64,000 nt of DNA, taken from IMG/VR virus record IMGVR_UViG_3300046490_000096, positions 1 through 64,000 of that record. The stretch is one strand, 5' to 3'. The number at the start of each line of letters is the position of its first letter. Position 1 is the first letter of the stretch. The DNA comes from a virus. Taxonomy: Duplodnaviria; Caudoviricetes. Under the pieces are notes generated by a model, which saw only the letters and a program-made list of their open reading frames with translations, made no database searches and was not told the DNA's origin. Shown in pieces: positions 1-8,938 of the stretch. Position numbers and translations under genes: made by a program.

Positions 1-499
1 GCCACGGGAACGATGGACCCGGATCTTGGTGCGTCCCGCCCAGCTCGGGGAAGGCGTTCGTGAAATCGACATGCCCGGCGATTCCTCGCATGCCGCGCTT
101 GATGTCGTCCACGGACAGCTTGACCGGCGGAATGCCCCATTTCTGGCACATGGACGCGGCCAGAATGGCGCTCTGCTTAAGTTCGGCCTCGCTATCTTCG
201 TCCGCCCACTGTTCGGGCGTCTGTTCGGACAGGCCGCAGTGCTCGATGCCCAGACCGCGGCGGTTCGCGCCTGGACAGTGCCAGGCCACGTCCGTCTCGC
301 GCACACACTGGACAACCGTCGTGGGGTCGACGATGTAGTGCGCGCTGGCCTTGGGAGCGTCAGCGCCGATGCCTGCGAAGCGGTTTGCCGAGTTGATGGC
401 CTGCCCCGGGCGTTCCTGACCCTGGGTGGCGTGGATGACGATCCAGTCGCACGCCTCGCGATGGGCGATGGTGTAGTTCAGGGCTTGGATGAATTGCAT
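1..499 (-). CDS. Endolysin, N-acetylmuramoyl-L-alanine amidase (Amidase_2), truncated by window edge
   Basis: Not in the ORF track because it has no stop in the window. Manual translation from ATG at 499 (GGAGG RBS): MQFIQALNY..WIVIHATQG..SAHYIVD..VAWHCPG..GIEHCG..IAGHVD..HQDPGPSFPW, the Zn-amidase motif set. Confidence 0.9.
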   Translation of the reverse strand, partial: MQFIQALNYTIAHREACDWIVIHATQGQERPGQAINSANRFAGIGADAPKASAHYIVDPTTVVQCVRETDVAWHCPGANRRGLGIEHCGLSEQTPEQWADEDSEAELKQSAILAASMCQKWGIPPVKLSVDDIKRGMRGIAGHVDFTNAFPELGGTHQDPGPSFPW

Positions 500-1056
500 G
501 TTGCCTCCGGCAGTTTCTTCCACTGGCGGTAAAGCCCGACCAGTTCCCAGTGAAAACCCTGGGACAGCATCTCGTCGAAGGCATTGTCCTTGGGCCAGTG
601 GTCAATGATGACACGCACGTGTCCGATGGCCTCGTTCGTGCGGTCGTTCCCGTTCACGCAGTGAAAGAGCCAGACTTCCCTGCCATCATCGGCAGCGGGA
701 ATCTTTCGAATCTCGGAAACGACACCGGCCCAGGTCTGTTGGTCGGGGAGTTCGAAGACCTCTTCGGCCGCCTGGACGACGCCCTTGTAGTCGGTCCTGG
801 GGATGATGCCGAGCTCGTGGACGTCCCAGCCGAGCAGGCGGGCCTCGTCGTCGGGGCCTTCGCTGGCAAAGTTAAGCTTGATGACATGGACTGCCTTGCC
901 TTCGAAGCGCTTGGCCAGGGCGCGGAACCCGGACGGCGTAGGCTGGCCTGCCGCCCAGACGTTTGCGCGCACCTGCCGCAAGTGGGGGATGTCTTGGGCG
1001 GTAGTGGCGCAGGATGCGCTGAGGACGAGCACGAGAAATAAAAGCAACTTCCTCAT
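478..1056 (-). CDS. Lipoprotein cysteine phosphatase (PTP/DSP family)
   Basis: Signal peptide with lipobox LSASC; CX5R active-site loop HCVNGNDRT. Confidence 0.75.
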   Translation of the reverse strand: MRKLLLFLVLVLSASCATTAQDIPHLRQVRANVWAAGQPTPSGFRALAKRFEGKAVHVIKLNFASEGPDDEARLLGWDVHELGIIPRTDYKGVVQAAEEVFELPDQQTWAGVVSEIRKIPAADDGREVWLFHCVNGNDRTNEAIGHVRVIIDHWPKDNAFDEMLSQGFHWELVGLYRQWKKLPEATCNSSKP

Positions 1057-1355
1057 GGCGTTTTCTCCGGTATGGTTGGGTACGTGCCGGTATCGCCGAG
1101 CTTGATCCCGCCGTTCCCCACGCGCAGCTCACGGGCCAGGCTGTCCAGGGATTCGCTTCGCCTATCACTGGCTGCCGTTACCTCTCGACTGGCAGCGGTG
1201 GCGTCTCTTATGTCGTGGCTCAGCGACTGGTGGGTGCGCTCCATACGGGCAACAGCTTGCTCAAGGGCAGCTAGTCTCACCTGGCAGCTTGCCTGCACAT
1301 TGGCGGAGCACTCGGGAAGGCCAGTGAGCTTGCACGCGGCGACGGACGGGGTCAT
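1053..1355 (-). CDS. Hypothetical coiled-coil protein in lysis cassette
   Basis: Probable start MTPSVAACK at 1355; helical LAALEQAVARMERT segment; 4-nt overlap with the next gene. Confidence 0.5.
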   Translation of the reverse strand: MTPSVAACKLTGLPECSANVQASCQVRLAALEQAVARMERTHQSLSHDIRDATAASREVTAASDRRSESLDSLARELRVGNGGIKLGDTGTYPTIPEKTP

Positions 1356-1437
1356 CGTCGCCCCCGTTCCCAGGCGACGCCCAGACAGAACCCAGCTCCG
1401 AGAAGGCAGGCGCCGACGCCGGCAATGCACACGTAGG

Positions 1438-1992
1438 TCACTTGAGCACCGTCGCGAACTGGCAGGCGGGCGCCGATTCAAGCGCGCCGTGAATGCCCTT
1501 GGCTGCCGTCTCAACCGCCTTGAGCTGACGTGCGACCTCGGCGGCGATGTCGGCATTTTTCCGCACGGCATCATCACTGCGCTTGGCCGCTAAGTGGTTG
1601 AGCGTTAACCCGAGAACGGTCAACGCGACAGCGCCAAGTGCAGCGCGACCGATGGCCCACACGCGAGCGCTTCCCCGTTGCTCCGCCATGGTCGTGACCA
1701 CGGTCTTGACCTCAGCGGCGAGGCCCTTCACTTCGGTGGCTAGCTCGTAGATTGCGCCACCCGGCTTCTGGCAGGACTCGCACTTCTCCATGATGGCAAG
1801 TTTCAGATCGGTTGAGCTGATTGACGCTGGCGGCGGGGTGTGCCCGGTGCGTTCAGCTTCTCCGCGGGCCTTGTGCTCCGATGCTGACAATCGCGCCAGG
1901 CCCGACACAATCCCAGAAACCTCGTGCAATTCACCACGTACGGCTACCAGCTCCTTGCTGGTGTCGCTCAGGTCTTCGGGGTGATTGGGCAT
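1438..1992 (-). CDS. Membrane protein, holin/XhlA-like
   Basis: Coiled-coil N-terminal part followed by one hydrophobic segment (VWAIGRAALGAVALTVLGLTL); lies in the lysis cassette. Confidence 0.5.
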   Translation of the reverse strand: MPNHPEDLSDTSKELVAVRGELHEVSGIVSGLARLSASEHKARGEAERTGHTPPPASISSTDLKLAIMEKCESCQKPGGAIYELATEVKGLAAEVKTVVTTMAEQRGSARVWAIGRAALGAVALTVLGLTLNHLAAKRSDDAVRKNADIAAEVARQLKAVETAAKGIHGALESAPACQFATVLK

Positions 1993-2067
1993 TGGTTGCT
2001 ACTCCTTGTGGACGGCTGTCACTTGGGTTCGATGGGGAGTCGTGACGCTCCTACTGTAGACGCCCTA

Positions 2068-2277
2068 TCAGTTGGGACACGGGCAGCATCGCCGCTCAGC
2101 CGCTCGCCGGGTTTCCGCCAATAGCTTGTCCTTGGCCGCGAGCCGCGACGCTGTGTCACGCAAGGCAACCTCCAGCGACGACTGGGCCTTAAGCGCCCTC
2201 GCCAGCGCCGACGACTGATCGCCTCCGCAGCCGATAAACAATCCACCGAGAACCAAAACTGCAAATGCTTTCCGCAT
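2068..2277 (-). CDS. Small lipoprotein, possible spanin component
   Basis: Lipobox FIGC, helical body, Cys-rich end RRCCPCPN; GGAG RBS. Confidence 0.6.
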   Translation of the reverse strand: MRKAFAVLVLGGLFIGCGGDQSSALARALKAQSSLEVALRDTASRLAAKDKLLAETRRAAERRCCPCPN

Positions 2278-2291
2278 GTGATCTCCTTTCC

Positions 2292-4136
2292 TTAGAATCC
2301 GAATCCAAAACGGGGCAACCAGCCCCAGATGCCTGGCGCCGCTTGCGCGCTGGCCCCGCCCGTACCGGGAGCACCGCCCGTTCCAGAAACGCCACCGGTG
2401 CCAACGACACCACCCGTGCCCGAGGCTCCTCCTGTACCAGTCACGCCGCCATCGAGCCCGGTCTCTGTGCCCGTCCAGATTTCGGTTGCTCCCTCCTCGT
2501 AAGGTCCGATGTCGGGGTTGAGGTCACGTTTGAACCCTAGGATGTCCATAGGGGCGCTGTAGGATAGGCTTCCGTGGTCCACGGCGGGGGAACCAATGGG
2601 GATCGCAAGGTTGAGGTTAGGTGTTCCGGGAGAGATGAATAGAGGGTCCGCCTGGATAGAATTCGTGTCGAGTCCCGAGGCCGAGCGCCAAGCCGTCAGA
2701 GAACCCGCCGTCTTCTCCCACTTCCCCGTTGCCGCGTTCGGAAAGTCGCATAGGTTGTTGTTGAAGGACGTGAAAGCGGCGCTCGTCAGGCCCGTGGTGT
2801 CGAAGCATGAAAATACCGCGCTACCGTTGCCGAGGTAGTGGATTGCGTTGGACACTACCTTGTGAGTCGCGCCCACCGCACTGATTACAATTCCAGTTCC
2901 GCTGGTAACGACTGACGACATGTATATCGAATTGTTTCGAATGGTCACGTTGTCGTCGTGGAGATCGTCGCTCCCCCTTCCAATCGGGCTTATTATTCCC
3001 GTGAGCCCTAATCCAGTGTTTTCTTGAATAATGATGTTGTTTTCGATCACGCAGTTCGGACAGGCCCCAATCCCTATACCAGTATTGCCTGGGTTGATGA
3101 TGCGATTTCCCCTGATGATCGTGCCCGTGAAACCTTCAATGTGATTCTGCGCATTGGTATCACCAGGACCAATGCCGATACCCCAGCAACCATCTCCAGC
3201 GACGCCAATTTCTTCCTGAATCGTGTTGTTTTCGATTACCAGTCCTCTGGTTTGTCCGTGCCCCACCAGTGACACGCTGCCGCACTTTCCATTCACGACA
3301 TCGTTACGGGTTAAAGTATTGTTTCTAATTACATCGCCGGTTCCGTGCCACTGGTCTCCATTGATATAGACATTGTGATTGAGATTCGGTTCGGAAAAAC
3401 CGTTGTTATCAAAGACGTTGTTCTCAATTAGCGTGTAGTCACCTTGGCCAAGATACCCCATGGTCATATTGTCGTGAATCGTGCAATTTCTGACGGTGAT
3501 GTAGTCCTGGCTATTGAGAGTAGCTCCGTCCTGCGGCGGCCCGCCTGCGAGACCAACGCCTACCGAAAAACCACTGATGTCTAGATTCTCCATGAGAGCA
3601 TAGTCCGCATCGGCGAAAAAATTGACTCCAGTTGATGGGTGCCCGGCTCCGCGCAATATCAAATCGCGGACGACATATCCCTCATCATGCCAACTGGGAC
3701 CACCGTTCATGAAATTGAACATGGACAAGTTATCTGCCGCCAGGGTCAAAATTGGCAAAGACGTTGTGGAAGTTGCCCACGACGGTGTATAGGATCCAAA
3801 AAGCGTAGGATTGTTACGGCTACTCAAGCTAACGGCTATCCGCACGTCAGACGTTTTCAAGAACGAGCCACCACGCGCGAACAGATATTGATTCCCTGGA
3901 GGAGGGCTAGGATATTGAGCTGCGAAGTTTTGCGCCTTCTCGATTGTCTGCCATGGTGTGCTTGGACTCGTTCCATTGTTCGTATCGTCTCCGGCCACGC
4001 ACCCAGATATCGCCCCCGTCTGACAGTCAGAGATGTAATGGATGGTCCCGGTGCTCGGAGCGCCATAGTAGTACGGATCGGCATTTGCCGTTGCCGAGAA
4101 CATAATAAACGAAAAGATGGCTACAATTCTTTTCAC
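2292..4136 (-). CDS. Secreted right-handed beta-helix (pectate-lyase-like) protein with GTGG linker
   Basis: Signal peptide (ATANA-D); repeated IxNNxI/IENN beta-helix rungs; DP.F..L..GSPAVDxG and PDIGPYE tail; C-terminal GTGGASGTGG repeats. Confidence 0.8.
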   Translation of the reverse strand: MKRIVAIFSFIMFSATANADPYYYGAPSTGTIHYISDCQTGAISGCVAGDDTNNGTSPSTPWQTIEKAQNFAAQYPSPPPGNQYLFARGGSFLKTSDVRIAVSLSSRNNPTLFGSYTPSWATSTTSLPILTLAADNLSMFNFMNGGPSWHDEGYVVRDLILRGAGHPSTGVNFFADADYALMENLDISGFSVGVGLAGGPPQDGATLNSQDYITVRNCTIHDNMTMGYLGQGDYTLIENNVFDNNGFSEPNLNHNVYINGDQWHGTGDVIRNNTLTRNDVVNGKCGSVSLVGHGQTRGLVIENNTIQEEIGVAGDGCWGIGIGPGDTNAQNHIEGFTGTIIRGNRIINPGNTGIGIGACPNCVIENNIIIQENTGLGLTGIISPIGRGSDDLHDDNVTIRNNSIYMSSVVTSGTGIVISAVGATHKVVSNAIHYLGNGSAVFSCFDTTGLTSAAFTSFNNNLCDFPNAATGKWEKTAGSLTAWRSASGLDTNSIQADPLFISPGTPNLNLAIPIGSPAVDHGSLSYSAPMDILGFKRDLNPDIGPYEEGATEIWTGTETGLDGGVTGTGGASGTGGVVGTGGVSGTGGAPGTGGASAQAAPGIWGWLPRFGFGF

Positions 4137-5125
4137 AATTCACCTCCGACTGTCCAGAACGTGGCTTGATTATTTTGGTTGGCGAAATGGACAGCTGCCT
4201 CGGTCGCATTGAACTCGCGGTTGTAAATGCGTGTTTCGCATAGGGTTCCCACCCATAGATTGGCCGTGGCGGTAAGTCCCCCCATGTATCCAGTGGTTCC
4301 GCTGGCAGTTTTAAGCGTAGGCCCTCCTGCCCTGCTGTGTACGTTGACTCCAGAGATGTACCCGTTATAAGCGTTCGCTGCATCCTTTGTGGCAATGACG
4401 TGATACAGGGTATTTATTGTTATTACGGCAATATCATCATCATCGGCACTGTAGTGCGAATGCGAAACATTGTTCGAAGCTACCCGTGCTAGAGCATCCA
4501 ACTGGAGAGAAGCGGGGGTCCCCCATGCAAACATCTCCCTGTTGGCGCCGGTAAGAGTTGACCTGAACCACGTCATCATGGTCCTGGCACCGTTGCCGAC
4601 GGGGAACCCGACCGTCGACATCGGACCTGAATTGGTGTTGCCCGAACACTGGATGGCCTTTCCGATTTGTCCAGCTACAAAGGTCATCCCTGTCTGGGGG
4701 GTGAAGTTGTTACCGTGCGATGTTGCATCGGATCCGTCGACGAAATGGAAACACGCTGACATCGCGCTCTCATAGGCGGCGAATTGGCCATAGGCAGCGT
4801 TGGATGCTGGGGTTGCAATGCCCGTGCCGTAGGCAATATAAAACGACGTTGCGCCCGTCGCCGCGAAAACCACGATCCCAGTGTGTGCCGTGCGGTCGAA
4901 CAAAAAAACGTGACACGCTAGGCGCGTGGTTCTGTCCTGCGCGTAGACGTTGATGTCGCCGCCCGCCGAGACGTGCGTCCAGAAACCGGCTGGCGTGCTG
5001 GCGTTGGACAGGTCGTACATCAGGTCGGCGGTGCCGGTGGACGCCGGTGTGATTTGGAATTTGGGGAAGGCTGGCGTCGCCTTATTCGCCCCTGCCGCCA
5101 ACATCATCAAGGCCGCGCGGGACAT
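4133..5125 (-). CDS. DUF2341-like plus LamG/concanavalin-A domain protein (tail-associated lectin-like)
   Basis: N-terminal SFYIAYG segment; LamG-like GQIGKAI, TMMTWF, YHVIAT and ETRIYNR motifs. Confidence 0.65.
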   Translation of the reverse strand: MSRAALMMLAAGANKATPAFPKFQITPASTGTADLMYDLSNASTPAGFWTHVSAGGDINVYAQDRTTRLACHVFLFDRTAHTGIVVFAATGATSFYIAYGTGIATPASNAAYGQFAAYESAMSACFHFVDGSDATSHGNNFTPQTGMTFVAGQIGKAIQCSGNTNSGPMSTVGFPVGNGARTMMTWFRSTLTGANREMFAWGTPASLQLDALARVASNNVSHSHYSADDDDIAVITINTLYHVIATKDAANAYNGYISGVNVHSRAGGPTLKTASGTTGYMGGLTATANLWVGTLCETRIYNREFNATEAAVHFANQNNQATFWTVGGEL

Positions 5126-5126
5126 C

Positions 5127-6050
5127 CTACGACTCCACCGAGATCAGGAGTCCGCTGTATGCCCCAGTCCCGGTTCTAAGGAACCAATAGAAACCAACCT
5201 TGTTCGCAGCCGGCAGGGCTGGAGCGGCGCCCCCGGAAGTATTACGCCAAGTGATTCCAGAAAACCACGCTGTTACCGTGGACGCCACTGCACCTTGAAG
5301 CAGTCGCACGAAGAAGCACTGGTTGTTGGTGTCTCCAGTGAGCGTGAAGGTGATCGCGCCTCCATCCGCATGACAGTCGACGAAGTGCTCATCCTTTCCG
5401 GCGCAGTTTAGAGCGACGGTAGGCGTCCCGGATGTGGGGGTGTACGTCTTGGCGATTGGCGTCGTGGCGGCCACGAGTTCCCACGTGTTGGTAGCGGTCT
5501 TGGAGAGCGTGGCGCCCTGCCCAGACGGGATGATGACGCCGTCAGGAACGGAGTTCCCAGCGTACATCAGCGTTACCCCAGCGCCTGGAACGACAAGCAT
5601 TGCCCCCCTGCCGCCACTTGCGGACAACCCTATGTTGACGCCGACATCAAACGCAACGCCGCCCGTCCCCGAATTGGGCGGGATCGTCTCCGTGGTCAGC
5701 GCATTGTCGGTGGACTTGACGGCCTGCCAGGAGTCGTTGCCCACCAGCGTATCGGTCGTGCCGGTGATGGTGCGCGTGGTGCGGGGGACTAGGCCGGCCT
5801 TCTCGGCTGTGGTCAAGAGGTGATAGTTGGTTCCGTCGGGGAGGTTGTCGGCGTTGGCATCGACGCCACTGACAACCCGCCCAAGGGAATCGTATTGCAC
5901 GAGCTTGTACGTTGCGCCCGACGGAGTGATCGCCGCGTTCTTCGGAATGGCGTTGTCCGCCGTGAACTGTGCGTCAGCGGCGGTGGCGCGGGCGGTCTGG
6001 TCGATACCAGTCACGCTAATTGAGGCTCCGGATGGTGGATGTTCAGCCAT
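5127..6050 (-). CDS. Putative tail fibre/structural protein
   Basis: T/G/A-rich; ADNLPDGTNYHLLTTAEKAGL fibre-like motif; located in the fibre cluster. Confidence 0.55.
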   Translation of the reverse strand: MAEHPPSGASISVTGIDQTARATAADAQFTADNAIPKNAAITPSGATYKLVQYDSLGRVVSGVDANADNLPDGTNYHLLTTAEKAGLVPRTTRTITGTTDTLVGNDSWQAVKSTDNALTTETIPPNSGTGGVAFDVGVNIGLSASGGRGAMLVVPGAGVTLMYAGNSVPDGVIIPSGQGATLSKTATNTWELVAATTPIAKTYTPTSGTPTVALNCAGKDEHFVDCHADGGAITFTLTGDTNNQCFFVRLLQGAVASTVTAWFSGITWRNTSGGAAPALPAANKVGFYWFLRTGTGAYSGLLISVES

Positions 6051-6053
6051 GAC

Positions 6054-6557
6054 TTAGTTCTCCTGTGGTGAATACTGGACGCTGATGGCGATAGCCCACC
6101 CCGTTACCGCCGTTGGCCCCGTGGTGCCAGCCGTGTGCACAATGGCAATGCCCTTGTAGGCTCCGATGTGGAATATCTCTGACCACTCCTGCCCAGAACT
6201 GAGCGCAGGAATCTGGACAGGGGCCGCTGCTCCGATGGTGGCGGCGTTGCTCCCGTCCTTGATGTCCGTCTCGATCCAGGTCGCACCACCATCTAGGGTC
6301 TGGTACGCGCACAGCCCGTTCGCTGCGCTGGCGTGGTTGTGGAGCGCGTAGATGATGCGCACGGTCTCCATGGCCTCTGGAGCCACGGCGATAGCCCCGC
6401 CGCTTGGGGTAGCAAACCGCGAGACGTACGAAGCACCGCCAAGCGTACATGGGTGAGTTGCGAACAGCACCACCGACGCATTGGCCAGCGGCGCCGAGGG
6501 AACATTCGATACAAAGGCCCGCTCGACGCGGGTGATGACGCTTGGGTTGGTATTCAT
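6054..6557 (-). CDS. Hypothetical beta-rich structural protein
   Basis: 167-aa ORF with GGAG RBS, co-linear with the tail-fibre genes. Confidence 0.55.
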   Translation of the reverse strand: MNTNPSVITRVERAFVSNVPSAPLANASVVLFATHPCTLGGASYVSRFATPSGGAIAVAPEAMETVRIIYALHNHASAANGLCAYQTLDGGATWIETDIKDGSNAATIGAAAPVQIPALSSGQEWSEIFHIGAYKGIAIVHTAGTTGPTAVTGWAIAISVQYSPQEN

Positions 6558-6875
6558 TGGAGGAGTTCCTTCGCTATGGAATGTCGATGGTCGCTGGGTG
6601 CTCGCGAGGGGTGGCGCCGGGGGTAATGGTGGTGTGTCTGTCTCGCATGGCTTGTGCTGCTTTCTACGCTGGGGCTTCTACCCGCGATTTTCCTGTGATG
6701 TGGCCGCGACTTGCAAGCTCTTTCTTGCGCTTCTCGCTGAGCTGTCGTACGCTTTTGGAATGACCTGCCAGTCTAAATCCACTGTCCTAGCCGCATGCGC
6801 GCCGCCCATCGACTGGCAGGTTGATATAGGGCACATGGTGCGCGTGCGACTCGGGCGGTTGATTCGAGGGACACC

Positions 6876-7109
6876 ATGACGCTGACAAAACTCGCTCTCG
6901 CTCTGCTCCTGACCACGTCCGCCGTTGCGTGCGGCGAAGGTACGCTCGATGTCGCCACCCAGGTGGACGGCGGGGCGCCGGATACCGAAGCCGACTGCAC
7001 GCAGTGGGGCCGCATCAGCACGTGCCCAGACGGCACCATCGGATGCGACCGCGCAGTGTGCCTCAGCCACGATCCAAGCGTGTGTCCGGGTCCGTGGCCG
7101 TGCAAATGA
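6876..7109 (+). CDS. Small Cys-rich lipoprotein on the opposite strand (moron-like)
   Basis: Lipobox AVAC, VDGGAPD linker, six further Cys; GAGGG RBS. Confidence 0.7.
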   Translation: MTLTKLALALLLTTSAVACGEGTLDVATQVDGGAPDTEADCTQWGRISTCPDGTIGCDRAVCLSHDPSVCPGPWPCK

Positions 7110-7134
7110 TTTGACGTTAGCTTGCACGCCGACC

Positions 7135-8931
7135 TCAGAACGCAAAGGTGTGCACGATAAACGTCGCATGGTCGCCCGTTGTTCCTTCTACTCGGCAGGT
7201 ACTGCCGTTGATTGAAGCGATTTGCAAGGCAATGGTGTGCACGCCATAGCTAAGACTGGCAAACCCGATTGGGCTGAATGTAGCCCAGGCTGACGCCGGA
7301 ACATTTTGCGCAAGCCTGTTTACGGCGGCTGTGCCATCAACTGTTATGCGTGCAAAGGCTGCCGTAGGGCTGCTACCGCAACTCAAATACAGCGATCCCC
7401 ATGCATTCAGCTCCGCCCCAGAGCCTGCCACGGAAACCAACACGCTTACTACAGTGGTCCACGTCCCACCTATGTCAGATGTGACCGCGGTCGAGTTTTC
7501 AGCGGTGTAGCGCGATATGCCCAGGCCAGACGGGTTTGGTAGCCCCCCGTGCGCCCCGCCTGCCAGCGTGGTGCCTGTGTGCGTGTTGAGGTTGCTTTGG
7601 ACGGTAGCGGCGGCGCCGGCTTGGTCTGCGCCCGTGGTGTTCCACGTGGGGGCAGGAACACACGCTGCGTGATACGCGTCGTAGTACACCAGCCACTGAC
7701 CAGTTCCGCACGAACCGCTGTAGCCGATGCCGGAGCCGGTGCCGTTCGCCACCCATTGCGTATTGTTCGATGTTCCGTCGACAGTCTCAAGGACGTAGCC
7801 CGGAGTCCCATTGCTGCTAGGTTTCTGCACATCTTTAGCAGCGTGACCTACAGTATTTCCATCTATATCGATGTTCCCCGCTACAATTCGACCTTGCACC
7901 AATAGATTAAAAGACGTCTTGTAGATGTCACCTCCTATAACAGATGCCCAGACGTCTCCTGTAGACGGGTTAACGGAAATGCCATACCATTGTTGGGTTC
8001 CTGCGCTTTGCGCAGTAAACGTGCCCGTTCCTCCTGCGCTCTTGTAGATGTCGCGCCCCCCTGAATCGGCAGCCCAAACGTCTCCTGTAGTGGAGTTTAC
8101 TGAGACAGCATACCATTGTCGAGTTCCTGCGCTTTGCGCAGTAAACGTGCCCGTTCCTCCTGCGCTCTTGTAGATGTCACCTCCTATAACAGATGCCCAG
8201 ACGTCTCCTGTAGACGGGTTCACGGCAACGCCTACCCATGCTCTAGTTCCTGCGCTTTGCGCAGTGAACGTGCCGGTTCCTCCTGCGCTCTTGTAGATGT
8301 CTCCATTATAGACCACGGCCCAAACATCTCCGGTAGTGGAGTTTACCGAGACACCTCCCCATGCTCTAGTTCCTGCGCTTTGCGCAGTGAACGTGCCGGT
8401 TCCTCCTGCGCTCTTGTAGATGTCACCATTATAGACCACGGCCCAAACATCTCCGGTAGTGGAGTTTACCGAGACAGCATACCATTGTTGGGTTCCTGCG
8501 CTTTGCGCAGTAAACGTGCCCGTTCCTCCTGCGCTCTTGTAGATGTCGCGCCCCCCTGAATCGGCAGCCCAAACGTCTCCTGTAGTGGAGTTTACTGAGA
8601 CACCTACCCACGCGCGCGTTCCTGCACCGTAAGGCGTAAATAGCAACGTCTGCGATGCTATAGAGTCAGCAACCGTATTCGCTCCCGTTGCCACTGGAAT
8701 CTTTCCCGCCGTCAACGTCCCGCCAATCTTCCCCGCAACCGCATCCCCGGCCGCGACGGTGCCGGCCGTGGTGCCGATGGGAAGCTGCGCGCGCGGAACT
8801 TTGTGGTCATTGCTACACAGCGTTGGCGGACCCTCTGGTTTACCAGACGGGCAAATGGATGCCGCAACAGCACAGGCTGTCAGGGTGGCCAAGAAGACGA
8901 GAACGAAAGCACTCAAACGCAAATATCTCAT
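7135..8931 (-). CDS. Exported tail-fibre-like protein with six-bladed beta-propeller repeat
   Basis: Hydrophobic N-terminus with lipobox-like LTAC; KVPRAQLP fibre motif; six 41-42-aa repeats (GDVW..DIYKSAGGTG). Confidence 0.75.
   Translation of the reverse strand: MRYLRLSAFVLVFLATLTACAVAASICPSGKPEGPPTLCSNDHKVPRAQLPIGTTAGTVAAGDAVAGKIGGTLTAGKIPVATGANTVADSIASQTLLFTPYGAGTRAWVGVSVNSTTGDVWAADSGGRDIYKSAGGTGTFTAQSAGTQQWYAVSVNSTTGDVWAVVYNGDIYKSAGGTGTFTAQSAGTRAWGGVSVNSTTGDVWAVVYNGDIYKSAGGTGTFTAQSAGTRAWVGVAVNPSTGDVWASVIGGDIYKSAGGTGTFTAQSAGTRQWYAVSVNSTTGDVWAADSGGRDIYKSAGGTGTFTAQSAGTQQWYGISVNPSTGDVWASVIGGDIYKTSFNLLVQGRIVAGNIDIDGNTVGHAAKDVQKPSSNGTPGYVLETVDGTSNNTQWVANGTGSGIGYSGSCGTGQWLVYYDAYHAACVPAPTWNTTGADQAGAAATVQSNLNTHTGTTLAGGAHGGLPNPSGLGISRYTAENSTAVTSDIGGTWTTVVSVLVSVAGSGAELNAWGSLYLSCGSSPTAAFARITVDGTAAVNRLAQNVPASAWATFSPIGFASLSYGVHTIALQIASINGSTCRVEGTTGDHATFIVHTFAF
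7918..8632 (-). repeat. Six near-identical 123/126-bp coding tandem repeats
   Basis: The gtagatgtc anchor recurs at 7921, 8044, 8170, 8293, 8416 and 8539; spacings are all multiples of 3. Confidence 0.95.
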
Positions 8932-8938
8932 TGTGTCC

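Noticed and set aside
7918-8632. Possible CRISPR array
   Set aside because: Units are 123/126 bp, in frame within a CDS, lack unique spacers, and no cas genes are present.
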